Positions 27,001 to 34,663 of a stretch of 34,663 nucleotides of DNA are shown piece by piece. The DNA is taken from the IMG/VR virus record IMGVR_UViG_3300032320_002087, positions 1-34,663 of that record, one strand, 5' to 3'. Below the pieces are notes generated by a model. It was given only the letters and a program-made list of their open reading frames with translations, was not told where the DNA came from and made no database searches. Position 1 is the stretch's first letter; each line of letters begins with the position of its first letter. A program made the translations under genes and the position numbers. Source of the DNA: a virus (lineage: Duplodnaviria > Caudoviricetes).

Positions 27001-28767
27001 AAAGCGTATCCATGCTGTGATTTCTTTTTGTATAAACGCACGATTAAGTTCTAAAAGATACTGTGCATTTGGATTTCTTGGGCCGTTGTCTACCTGTTCA
27101 CAGGCATAGCGTATGGTTTTCCATGGCTTGTCTAGTGTTGCGCCGCAAGCAGGATATGGTCTATCTTCACCGGTGGGTGACACGTAATAGACATGGTTGG
27201 TGTTGCCCCAAGTGACCCATTCTGGGATACCACCTGAACTCACACGCAGTACCTGTCCTTCTGTGCCTACCGGTAATCTAGTAGGGCCTGCGCCGCCATA
27301 ATATACTAAATCGCCTGTGGTAGTCAGCACTGAGGTTTCGCTGCCTACAGCCACAGCATTCCAATATGTGCCTGCGGCATCAAGATCTGGACGGCTTAGT
27401 GATTGACCTCCACCTTCAGTACCTAGTGTAGATCCATCATCACCGTCCGATCTATGTTGTAACACACAGATATAACTGCTTGATCCGTGTCTAACAGTAT
27501 CGCCTGCGTTGTATTCTGTGTCATCTGCCCATGTACCTCTCCAGTTCATGCCTGTTGAGATCACTGCCCAGTATGCTGTGTTTGGTGGTTCACCGGTGAC
27601 TGTGGCAGTCATTGATCCACTAGCATCTGCAGTGACATTAAATGTTGTGCCACTAGATGTGGTTGATATAGTAATGAAGTTAGCTGATACTGTTCTTACA
27701 TAATACCTACCCGAAGTAAACACTCCGCCAAATGTAGAACCAGTAAATCTCACAGTCATACCTGCTACAATTCCTGTGGTTGATGCAATTGTGAATCTAT
27801 CGTTGGAGGCTGTAGCTGCGGTGACTGTAAATGTTAGACTTGGACTATCAGCGATTGCGATATAGTTGTTACCGCCGTGTGTGACCACTTCTCCTATTTT
27901 ATAAGAGGTACCGCCTGCCCAACTCTGTTGGAAACTTAGACCTTCTGCAAACAGATCCCAGTCAGAGGTGCCTGTTGAAGGATTTGAATTTGTGTTCTGT
28001 GTCTTTGACACATAATTGTTGCCGCCGTATTTGACAACGTCGCCTGGTTGGTACGCAGTAGCTGAGCTCCAAGTACTTTCGTATTCGAGACCTTCAACAT
28101 ACTGTGCCCAGTTTGCACTATCTGTTGCAAATGCTGCGGCAGCAGTGTGTTGTGTAGTACAGATCCATAGACCTGCTCCATATTTTACTATGTCATTTAA
28201 TTTATAACGTGTGGCAGTTACCCAAGTTCCTAGATATTCCTGACCTTGAGTATATACCTGCCAATTGGCAGAGTCATTTTCTAATCCCGATGCTGCTGTG
28301 GCTGCACTTGTGTGGCCAGTGATACAAATATAATTAATGCCACCATATCTTACAATGTCGTTGAGCTTATATCTTGTCGAAACAGTCCAGATGTTTTTCC
28401 AGTCAGTACCTTCAACAAATTGATTCCATGCGGCAATATTAGCTTCTAATCCTAGAGTAGCAGTAGCGGCGCTCGTGTGTCCGTCAACACAGATATAAAT
28501 CGTGCCGCCGTATTTGACTAAATCGCCTTCTTCATAAACTGTGCTGACTGTCCATGTATCTCTCCAACGTTGACCGTCAGCCATGAGATTCCATTTGGTT
28601 GGAACAATATCCAAGTCAACATTAAAATTAGCATTAGCAGTATGTCCAACTTGACATAGATATACCTTTCCGCCAAAGCGAACCACGTCGTCTTTGTAAT
28701 ATACGGTGCTTGCATTCCACGCACCTTTCCAAACAAATCTAATCCTACCTAATTTAAATTCTGCCAT
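21088..28767 (-). CDS. Giant multidomain virion/tail protein (2559 aa)
   Basis: Contains seven N-terminal Trp/Tyr repeats (W..TxYxxGDxVxYGG.Y.C..H, CBM5/12-like) and four helical CxRD domains. It also has a beta-helix-like region (SIVSNDFTQIISDGIG), Asp-box propeller repeats (YSTDGGVTW) and a C-terminal GHDFLDIGTG..GGRVFYTSTDQDGNFRVG. GGAG RBS. Confidence 0.85.
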   Translation of the reverse strand: MAEFKLGRIRFVWKGAWNASTVYYKDDVVRFGGKVYLCQVGHTANANFNVDLDIVPTKWNLMADGQRWRDTWTVSTVYEEGDLVKYGGTIYICVDGHTSAATATLGLEANIAAWNQFVEGTDWKNIWTVSTRYKLNDIVRYGGINYICITGHTSAATAASGLENDSANWQVYTQGQEYLGTWVTATRYKLNDIVKYGAGLWICTTQHTAAAAFATDSANWAQYVEGLEYESTWSSATAYQPGDVVKYGGNNYVSKTQNTNSNPSTGTSDWDLFAEGLSFQQSWAGGTSYKIGEVVTHGGNNYIAIADSPSLTFTVTAATASNDRFTIASTTGIVAGMTVRFTGSTFGGVFTSGRYYVRTVSANFITISTTSSGTTFNVTADASGSMTATVTGEPPNTAYWAVISTGMNWRGTWADDTEYNAGDTVRHGSSSYICVLQHRSDGDDGSTLGTEGGGQSLSRPDLDAAGTYWNAVAVGSETSVLTTTGDLVYYGGAGPTRLPVGTEGQVLRVSSGGIPEWVTWGNTNHVYYVSPTGEDRPYPACGATLDKPWKTIRYACEQVDNGPRNPNAQYLLELNRAFIQKEITAWIRFQITNNISPFTSVFDYDEYKCERDVGFIIDRLIWDLGHGGNLKIRAAAFSLLGAFGEDGEFSAPEEDSPYVTLAAEADEGVAAYEQLKLLVADVLANEVPTTVYQTFALDSTAVVTQYIDTDYVAESGTITTAGTLLDIVITALTDLVTDNLPERIVPNNTINIKTGQYRETLPIIVPVETALVGDEKRSVNAGPAGSLTNMSDAKYSLEALTRLESVVGDIIVGTNVTESSGNTAIQSSAFPLASSTEQTDIKRLVRAMQHQIDFKIGTTYMESSANPTGYNSAFLTGFGDARTLLRENKEFIKQEITAFLTVNYSSVKYSKTKCKRDVGFIIDAIGYDLTYGGSLATQTAGLAYFDGDNSTALQIDSTEIAATVAAYARMKTVIQQIIINTTVTRSAGNSATQWTDSTNLAGGSAASATVGALVDIITNIIQGDSTEGNTPQINVTTIATLNTLTSNSHGLEVGDAVVPRITANGLVNGTKYWVVGTVTTNTFQLAATYGGSVLASFTNGTGLDIDLETINYPTATNAVTSTTALIAAAVTLDAAQETIVTNTTTFISTNYPTLVYNSAKCQRDVRLILEAVMFDFMFNSNSLTRTAAYSYLRASASDVFSLNQKAATRASFEYARTQARANVGGNATAQARIDTLMTTLDDIVYGATNEGSVCQTSIRSADWARLQLERNRSYITAEISAYIGATYTTTVTAATAITDLFTCSSTSWMQRNAAIRFTGTAFGGITVGTTYYIQNVVSSTTFKISETRDSNTALNITFDGSGSMTVSLYYDSASCLRDVGRYIDALKFDLQYPGNYKSRLAARYYANSVTGSLEEDMYYLRNGTGIRNQTLQGLTGDLLAENAYGTSRVSAGAYCSLDPGWGPNDFRTWIIKRSPYVQNVATFGYAAIGQKIDGALHAGGNDSIVSNDFTQIISDGIGAWITNNGRAELVSVFSYYAHIGYLAEAGGRIRGTNGNNSYGDFGSVAEGFDVTETPILCEVDNKSYTADVGSVLTDGIDKLFQYEYDNAGSDYTEITWTVSGGGAGASVEQDDFRDGAVFQVRLIDNVDDSATAPEVDGNIGGIGYISNANTAQSGTTTQLTLAATDDEITGAYVGMKLIVTSGAGAGQVGIIDSFTAGTKVATVTKESTGGAGWDHIVLGTAIVAPDASSTYLVEPRVTFTAPTYSSASRTLATAQTYSDAVYAPTSVVYPTVTQSATSGTGTSASFTVVRKGVKYSAVVLKAAGTGYARLDTITLLGTAVGGATPTNNITVTVTAVNSTTGAILAIEYTGVGSGGKFAAVASGSRDVNTSVNGTTWTANATALPSTSNWVGLAAGKLTTVETAGSFVVGRSYVITTLGNTVYTSIGANANLVGQYFVATGAGSGTGTSTPIANHLVAVSSSTTVNAYSTDGGVTWASGGSLPGGMSGLAVAVAYGNLSGAARWVVLGSSGVTCYSTNGGLSWIAGGSLAAGTWTSITYGQGVWIAVSTGGTATSYSTDGGVTWTAGGALPASSTWVSVAYGANKFIAISSSGAVNPAWSVDKGVTWSSTGSSGYIGSGTSTSVRYGQGVFVVTQSSSNNMSSSENGVVWTTRAITRASGTGALEAVHGNPNQTGIWAIIPSASTTAASSAVIGATAKARAYVSDNKIFAIRVTDPGSTYSVAPTITITDPNNLYEAPTLVRLGNGACANVSFKNRGTGFDAAIVEIDQGDGYGNNFQNGRFIGVKRLTGTPRAGANVVFGTQPNTVYKLVQVLSESGTVDGARSAFFQLSPEMSVFNAPADSTAITTRIRYSQVRLTGHDFLDIGTGNFVETNYPGLPTQPAIQSRETVDNNGGRVFYTSTDQDGNFRVGELFTIEQSTGVATLNADAFNIAGLAELSLGNITLGGNSATITEFSTDPFLTANSDNVVATQRAIRAYISAQIGGGGAALNVNSLVAGFISVSGTQITTTTGGTIAMKATFDFQAGVRGYPVAWNYFLNN
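21093..21100 (-). promoter_or_regulatory. Possible late-promoter-like motif TTTAAATA
   Basis: In the last codons of the 2559-aa gene, 18 nt before ATG 21074. The spacing matches the copies at 8092 and 28786. Confidence 0.35.
22170..23140 (-). repeat. Asp-box/BNR-like beta-propeller blade repeats in the 2559-aa protein
   Basis: Repeated units S(T/V)(D/N)GGxxW..GGxL...WxSxxYG.G.(W/F)IAV. Similar blades occur at about 29900-30790 in the paralogue. Boundaries are approximate. Confidence 0.7.
27450..28735 (-). repeat. Seven ~50-aa Trp/Tyr-rich repeats (protein level) in the 2559-aa protein
   Basis: Examples: WRDTWTVSTVYEEGDLVKYGGTIYICVDGHTS and WKNIWTVSTRYKLNDIVRYGGINYICITGHTS. Boundaries are approximate. 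Confidence 0.8.
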
Positions 28768-28785
28768 TGTACACTCCAGTATCTA

Positions 28786-28793
28786 TATTTATG
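28786..28793 (-). promoter_or_regulatory. Late-promoter-like motif CATAAATA
   Basis: Overlaps the TAA stop of the 1848-aa gene, 18 nt before ATG 28767. Same octamer as before groES. Confidence 0.5.
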
Positions 28794-31700
28794 TTGATTT
28801 CATACTACGGTAAAACATGGTTTGGGCCACATACCCGTTGCCCAGACCTGATGCGTTACCTGAAAAATCTGCTACTACAGGAACTATAATCGACTGAGAC
28901 GCTGAGCTTTCTATACTAGTTGGGCCAATTTTAACTGTACCAGCTGTGATGCTAGGAGTTAACAGGTCTTCGCCTCCCACATTCAATCTACTTTGTAGAT
29001 AAGTTCTAACGGCTCTTTGTGTAGGTATTATGTTATTAGAATTCTGCAAGAATAATCCATCCTTAGAAAATTCTCTAATAACAGCTGTTGATCCTACGTT
29101 AATACCTGCCAGTCTTAATTCTGTAAGACCTGCCAAATCAAAGAACTCTGCTGCGATTGTGATAATACCTGTACTTTGTTCTACAGCAAACTGTTCGCCA
29201 GCACGGAAGTTACCATCTTGATCAGTAGAGGTGTAAAATACTCGACCACCATTTAAATTTTGAACTTCTTGTTGAGGCTGAGCACTATAATCATAATCTG
29301 TGTATAGATCTGGATAATTAGTTTCTTCAAAATTTCCCGAGCCTATATCTAAGAAATCATGCCCTGTAATACGCACTTGACTGTACTTTTCACGAATCAC
29401 CACTTCCATGCCGTGTTCGATAAATTGAGCTAAGGTAGATGCTGGGCTGATTTGGAAGGTAGACCTAATAGTACCGTTAGGTAATAGTTCTTCATTAATC
29501 CCTACAATTACTGCCACTCTATATCCGGAGTAGTTAGAAATGTAAAACTGTGCGCCTGGCCCAGGCAGCACTGAAAGGCCGTCTAGGGTAAGGAATTTAC
29601 CTACAGGTGTCTTATCAGCAAACCCGTCTCCAGTAACTGTGATCGAAGTGGTACTGGTTTTATAAGAAACACCTTTGCTGACAAACGTAGGCTGGGCTAA
29701 CACACCATCAGCCCGTCTTGGTCTAAAAGTTGGCTCCGCAGTGTTATTAGGTTCAGTAATTGTTAGTATAGGGTCTGAATCGTAGCCGCTGCCTGGTTCC
29801 CAAATTTTTATCGAGCCAACTGTGACTCCACCTAATACCACTCTGCCTAGTGCTCTAGCACCCGTATAAATTTTGTTTAGTGTAAAACTAGACGTAGATG
29901 GTGCTGCGATCCAAGTTGGTTTATTATTTGATAGAGTACTGTCATTTAGTGTAATATCTGGATTTCCGAAAGCAACAACGCCCCATTCTAGCTCAGATGC
30001 CATAGTTCTTTCAGTCCATACAATACCATCATAGGAAGTGGCAGCATAGAAAGTAACTCCTGTGGTTGGCTCTGCTCCGATTGTTCTAGCGCCTGTGTCG
30101 CCTACTGCAAAAAATACTCCTTGTCCGTATCTAATCTGTTTCCAATTATGTGCTGTAGATCCATCCTGCGATGGCATAGTAGCCGAAAGCCACACAAATC
30201 CGTCAAAGCTATATGCTACATCACCGGTAGAAGAAATAGCAACAAATCTTCTATTGCCGTAGGCAACACTTACCCAGTCTTTCTGGCTGGAGTCTGCGAC
30301 CACATCCATGATGGTGCCTTGCCAAGACAGAGTGGTTCCATTCCATGAGCCTATAGCAGCTATGTTGCTGGAATTAGCAACGGCCACAAACACGTTTGAT
30401 CCAAATGCAATATCTACATATTCATTTAAAGTAGAATCTCCAAACGTAGGCAATGAAGAAAATGTCCAAGATGTACCATTAGTAGAATATGCTGCAGAAT
30501 TTAAATTACCTGCAACTGCCACAAATATCCCTGTAGACGCTGTAGATGGTTTACCGTAGACAACGCCATTCCAATTTCTCGAAGCTGGCATAGATTGCGC
30601 TGTCCAATCTATACCGTTAGTGCTGCTAGCAGCATTTAAATTATTGTATGATATTGCAACAAATCTGTTGTCGCCGGCTGCTAGACATTTCCAATTGCCG
30701 TCTGTAGGAAGATCAAATGAGACCCATGTTTCCCCGTCTGACGAATATCGTCCAAAGTGTCCGCTTGACGGAGTTAAAATAAATCTTCCGCTGGCAGCAA
30801 TCAGGCTGGTATCGGCTATTTCGTATGCTATAACCGAGTTAGTGCTGTCATCTGAAACATCAGTGACTGTTAATACAATATCATGCTCGACTATTGTACC
30901 GCCAACATCGTTGCCGTTGATGGTTATTACATTGCCCACTGCGTATCCTGCACCGCCGTTGGTCTGTGTAATTGAATAAGTTCTTCCTGTTTTTACTACT
31001 GTGAATCTAGCAGATGCTGGCACAACTTCTATAGTGGTGCCTGTGCCAACAGTTCCTGCTACATTGGTAAATGTTTGACTGGTTTCTCCGTATACCGCAG
31101 CAGACCATGCTCCGGCATCGACTAGAGTTACAGCACTAGCTGTGAATCCAGGTGCACTAAACGTTGGTCTTGGTTCGATACGATATCGGGTGCCTGTGGT
31201 CAATAATGTTGCTGCTGGAGTTCCGGGCAGCACGTGATCCCATCCTGGTAAATCATCACTTTCTCTATACACTGTACAAATTTTTGTACCGGAGTTGTAA
31301 GCCTGCACATATGCATATTGGCCTGTACCTTCTCCGGATATGATCAGAATCCGCATGCCTAATATCTGTTCTTCGGTGGCCGATTCAGCTGAAGCTAGTG
31401 TTATAGATAATGTGCCGCCTGTTTGTGCTTGATTACCGCGTTGTGTAAATCCAGTACCACCCGTAAGCACTTGGCATTCAAACATGGAATTATCTCGAAA
31501 CTCTTCTTGAATAGCAACAGCACCGCTACCACTACTGGTAATTGTATACGAGGCTGTGGTATAATTCTGGCCGCAGTTAGCAAATTCAAGTGCTAGAATA
31601 AAATCTAAAATTTCACCGGCGTAGGCAGCAGCCACCACTGCTTGTTCAGTTTGTGTGTTAACATAGCCGTATCTAACTGTCTCGTTTGGATCGATGCCGT

Positions 31701-34335
31701 CAGCTACAGCTCCAAAATCACCGTAGGAGCTGTTGCCGTTGGTAGCACGGATAATACCACCATTTTGAGCGAACATACCGATATGTGCATAATAACTAAA
31801 CACAGATACCAGTTCGCCTCGTCCGCCATTTAACATCCAAGCGCCTATGCCGTCTGAGATAACTTGTGTGAAATCGTTGGAAACAATAGACCGGTTTCCA
31901 CCATTATGTAGAGCACCATCAACTTTTTGTCCTGATGCTCCAACTCCAAATGTAGTAACGTTTTGCACATAACAACTTCTGTTTAAAATCCAAGTACGTT
32001 CGTCAGCTGGACCCCATCCTGGATCTAAACTTACAAATGCACCTCCTGTAGGAATACTGTAAACAGTTCCCGGCACAGGTGCTGGCAAGGTACCTTCTAG
32101 GCCTTTCAGTGTCATGTTTCTAATACCTGTGGTATCTCTTACATAAAACATGTCCTCAAGTGCGCTACCAGTGACAGCGTTAGCATAGTATCTTCCTTCT
32201 AACACAGATTTGTAATTTCCAGGGTATTGTAGATCATATATAACTGCATCGATTAATCTATCAATGTCTTTGTCCCAACGTGTTGTGTCGTAGATGTAAG
32301 AAAGGTAAGTGTTCCTCATGTACGCTGCAACTTCTGCTTTAATACATAGTCTGTTTGCATCTAATATAGTCACAGCCGTTGTTGTTCCGCTAGAAAGTGT
32401 ATTAGATCCAGTTACTGCGGGTTCTGATCCTAAATCATTAACTCTAAAATCAATGATTGTTATTATATTACCCCAAAGATTATTCACTGTTGATGCAGCA
32501 ATACTTGATCCAGCACCGACTGTTCCAGATGCGGTAATTTGTGGTACTGTATTACCAACAGATAAATTAGCTGGCAGACCTTGAATAATATTACCTAGTT
32601 TAGTTCCTATGTGAACAATGCTTTCTAAAAATTTATCTACATCTTGAACATATGCTGCTATTGGTTCGTTGGCCCTAATAGTTACTGAGCGCAGTTCTTC
32701 TCCAACCACGGCAGTTCTAGCAGGAATAATCAAAGGCAATATTTCCTGATATTCGCCTGCGGAAACTAGGATTGAAGTTGTACCGGCATGTCCATCATCG
32801 ACCTGTTCCAGAGCATATCGTACAGTGCGATATGGTTTAAAATAACTTAGGCCTCTTTCTGGGTCACTGTCATCTATACCATCGATTCTAACATGATAAA
32901 CTCTGTTATTAATACCCCATGTCTTATAATCAAGATCTCCTTGATTGTTTTCAACATACAGTAATTGATCGTTAGTACCAATAGGTACACTGATATTTCC
33001 AAATGTGCTGCCATCGCCTAGCGTAAACTGGGTACTGCCGTCTTCTAGGATATCTCTTCTAAGTCCGTATGATAGAATATCACCCTGAACTGTTAGTGCA
33101 TTGTTTTGATCGCCTATTACCAGTATAGTCCAGTAGTCATTCCCGCTGCCGTTATCTCCTGGAAAATTTTCAAATGAACTTAAATGAGGAATGTTGGAAT
33201 AGTAAGTAACACCTCTGAAATAAACGATATCGTATAGATTATAATCAAGATTATTTCTCCAACCCCCTCTAACATTCTGAGCAGCAATTACCAATTGCCA
33301 GTTAGCAGTATCTAAAGTTCGCAGTGAGCTGTCATCAGTAAATTGATTGGTTAAGCTGATCCATAATGCTCCACCACGTCGTACTATATCACCTTCTTGA
33401 TATTGAACATTTCCCTGCGGATCATACTCGCCTCGGAAGTTTATGCCTTTGGTTATAACTGTCCAATTAGGATCGCCTAGGCCATAATCGTATGTTTGAT
33501 TCTGCCCGGGTTGGTTGTTTAAATTATTTGTAGCGGCCACATACACCACACCGCCATATCTAACTACGTCACCGATGGCATAGTAGGTTGATGAATTCCA
33601 CTGATTATCAAATTCATATCCTGAGAGATATGTTTGAAAATTCAAGTTGGTTATATTGCCGGGTGTTCCAGATGATGTATGCTCTATGATACACTTTAAT
33701 ATACTTCCGCCGTATTTTACTAAATCATTTTGTCGATATCTGGTCGAAGTTTGATATTCTCCAACATATGTATAATTTTCAACAATTACAGACCATGTTT
33801 CTGCTGTGCTATCATCTACGGTGTCATTGTTTCCTACTATGACCCCTTGAGACAGTGTGCCCGAAACATGCTCTAATACACATTGATATGTATATCCATT
33901 ATATCTTACAGCATCGCCTACTTGATATCTAGTATCGGCTGTCCATGTATTTCTAAAATTACTTCCTGTGGCTAGTATTTCAAACTTGTCTGCATTAGTA
34001 TTAAAATTTGTTGAAGATTGATGAGCAGTTATACACAGATATAAATTGCCTCCGGCAACAACTATAACTCCCGGATCATATTGAGTAGAAGATTGCCAAT
34101 TTCCCAACCACTTGCGACCGTCAGCCATTTTAGTCCATGCTGGAGATGCATTGGTGTCCCCTGGAGATGTGAATGCTTGGTCGTCGGCAAACACAGTAGG
34201 ATTGTGTTGTCTAATGCAGACCCATGCAGATCCTTGATAAAATACCACATCGTCTTTGTTGTACAGAGAAGAATAATTGGTGTCCCAATTACCGGTCCAT
34301 GTGTATCTAAATCTTGTTATTTTAAACTCTGCCAT
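28789..34335 (-). CDS. Giant multidomain virion/tail protein (1848 aa), paralogue of the 2559-aa protein
   Basis: Shares the MAEFK start, seven Trp/Tyr repeats, SLDPGWGP, SIVSNDFTQVISDGIG, propeller blades, GHDFLDIG and GGRVFYTSTDQDGNFR. AGGA RBS. Confidence 0.85.
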   Translation of the reverse strand: MAEFKITRFRYTWTGNWDTNYSSLYNKDDVVFYQGSAWVCIRQHNPTVFADDQAFTSPGDTNASPAWTKMADGRKWLGNWQSSTQYDPGVIVVAGGNLYLCITAHQSSTNFNTNADKFEILATGSNFRNTWTADTRYQVGDAVRYNGYTYQCVLEHVSGTLSQGVIVGNNDTVDDSTAETWSVIVENYTYVGEYQTSTRYRQNDLVKYGGSILKCIIEHTSSGTPGNITNLNFQTYLSGYEFDNQWNSSTYYAIGDVVRYGGVVYVAATNNLNNQPGQNQTYDYGLGDPNWTVITKGINFRGEYDPQGNVQYQEGDIVRRGGALWISLTNQFTDDSSLRTLDTANWQLVIAAQNVRGGWRNNLDYNLYDIVYFRGVTYYSNIPHLSSFENFPGDNGSGNDYWTILVIGDQNNALTVQGDILSYGLRRDILEDGSTQFTLGDGSTFGNISVPIGTNDQLLYVENNQGDLDYKTWGINNRVYHVRIDGIDDSDPERGLSYFKPYRTVRYALEQVDDGHAGTTSILVSAGEYQEILPLIIPARTAVVGEELRSVTIRANEPIAAYVQDVDKFLESIVHIGTKLGNIIQGLPANLSVGNTVPQITASGTVGAGSSIAASTVNNLWGNIITIIDFRVNDLGSEPAVTGSNTLSSGTTTAVTILDANRLCIKAEVAAYMRNTYLSYIYDTTRWDKDIDRLIDAVIYDLQYPGNYKSVLEGRYYANAVTGSALEDMFYVRDTTGIRNMTLKGLEGTLPAPVPGTVYSIPTGGAFVSLDPGWGPADERTWILNRSCYVQNVTTFGVGASGQKVDGALHNGGNRSIVSNDFTQVISDGIGAWMLNGGRGELVSVFSYYAHIGMFAQNGGIIRATNGNSSYGDFGAVADGIDPNETVRYGYVNTQTEQAVVAAAYAGEILDFILALEFANCGQNYTTASYTITSSGSGAVAIQEEFRDNSMFECQVLTGGTGFTQRGNQAQTGGTLSITLASAESATEEQILGMRILIISGEGTGQYAYVQAYNSGTKICTVYRESDDLPGWDHVLPGTPAATLLTTGTRYRIEPRPTFSAPGFTASAVTLVDAGAWSAAVYGETSQTFTNVAGTVGTGTTIEVVPASARFTVVKTGRTYSITQTNGGAGYAVGNVITINGNDVGGTIVEHDIVLTVTDVSDDSTNSVIAYEIADTSLIAASGRFILTPSSGHFGRYSSDGETWVSFDLPTDGNWKCLAAGDNRFVAISYNNLNAASSTNGIDWTAQSMPASRNWNGVVYGKPSTASTGIFVAVAGNLNSAAYSTNGTSWTFSSLPTFGDSTLNEYVDIAFGSNVFVAVANSSNIAAIGSWNGTTLSWQGTIMDVVADSSQKDWVSVAYGNRRFVAISSTGDVAYSFDGFVWLSATMPSQDGSTAHNWKQIRYGQGVFFAVGDTGARTIGAEPTTGVTFYAATSYDGIVWTERTMASELEWGVVAFGNPDITLNDSTLSNNKPTWIAAPSTSSFTLNKIYTGARALGRVVLGGVTVGSIKIWEPGSGYDSDPILTITEPNNTAEPTFRPRRADGVLAQPTFVSKGVSYKTSTTSITVTGDGFADKTPVGKFLTLDGLSVLPGPGAQFYISNYSGYRVAVIVGINEELLPNGTIRSTFQISPASTLAQFIEHGMEVVIREKYSQVRITGHDFLDIGSGNFEETNYPDLYTDYDYSAQPQQEVQNLNGGRVFYTSTDQDGNFRAGEQFAVEQSTGIITIAAEFFDLAGLTELRLAGINVGSTAVIREFSKDGLFLQNSNNIIPTQRAVRTYLQSRLNVGGEDLLTPSITAGTVKIGPTSIESSASQSIIVPVVADFSGNASGLGNGYVAQTMFYRSMKST
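33180..34300 (-). repeat. Seven ~50-aa Trp/Tyr-rich repeats (protein level) in the 1848-aa protein
   Basis: Examples: FRNTWTADTRYQVGDAVRYNGYTYQCVLEH and FDNQWNSSTYYAIGDVVRYGGVVYVA. Boundaries are approximate. Confidence 0.8.
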
Positions 34336-34349
34336 TTCTTAATCCTAAT

Positions 34350-34663
34350 TTATGAACTTATTCCATTCGGATAAGCATATCCTCTATTAATTCTTACAAC
34401 AAACATGCCCTCATCGTTTACATAATAAAATAGCGATCTATTGTCCCATTTATATTGTGGATAGTACATGTTTTCTTTTACTTTTTCATGTGTAACATCT
34501 AGACCATCTAGAAAATCAACGCCTGGTTCAAACTCATCAAAATCTTCTTCTGTCGGACCCGGAATATTTAATTCATATCCGTCCACATCGGATATTTGAT
34601 CGCTTCTAACCAAAAATAACTCTCCATCTTCATTTCTTCTTAGAGCATACCAATAGCGAGGAC
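34350..34663 (-). CDS. Hypothetical phage protein, 5' end outside the window
   Basis: The frame stays open past the TTG at 34613 to the window edge (..PRYWYALRRNEDGELFLVRSDQ..). Acidic, and co-oriented with the structural genes. Confidence 0.7.
   Translation of the reverse strand, partial: PRYWYALRRNEDGELFLVRSDQISDVDGYELNIPGPTEEDFDEFEPGVDFLDGLDVTHEKVKENMYYPQYKWDNRSLFYYVNDEGMFVVRINRGYAYPNGISS

Noticed and set aside
21167-34374. Many 60-120 aa plus-strand ORFs within the two giant genes
   Set aside because: They are antisense shadows of Thr/Ala/Gly-rich coding sequence with no independent signals.
54-34663. Stop-codon reassignment, since none of the called genes ends in TAG
   Set aside because: All genes are full length under the standard code and need no in-frame TAG read-through. 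Rare TAG use is normal in AT-rich phages.

Overview
This window looks like part of the virion-morphogenesis region of a large tailed phage. The GroEL resembles beta/gamma-proteobacterial GroEL, which hints at the host (inference only). On the minus strand, right to left, are: a truncated conserved gene, two giant paralogous virion or tail proteins (1848 and 2559 aa), a small structural protein, a fibre with a C-terminal S74 chaperone domain and three tandem glycine-rich adhesin-like proteins. Next comes a ~14 kb, visibly more AT-rich island of 16 genes in alternating orientation: four flavin-dependent (Trp-halogenase-family) enzymes, ten Fe(II)/2OG-type oxygenases and two unknown proteins. The window ends with a tail-fibre assembly chaperone, a terminator, groES and groEL. 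A T4-late-like TAA(A/G)TA motif precedes both structural and enzyme transcription units, and three enzyme genes appear leaderless. The leading hypothesis is a late-expressed halogenation/hydroxylation system that modifies virion proteins, probably the Gly-rich fibres. The 2559-aa protein also carries repeated helical domains that align by eye with phycobiliproteins, including the Cys-x-Arg-Asp bilin site. No tRNA, rRNA, CRISPR array or mobile element was seen. All family calls come from motif recognition by eye, not from database searches.
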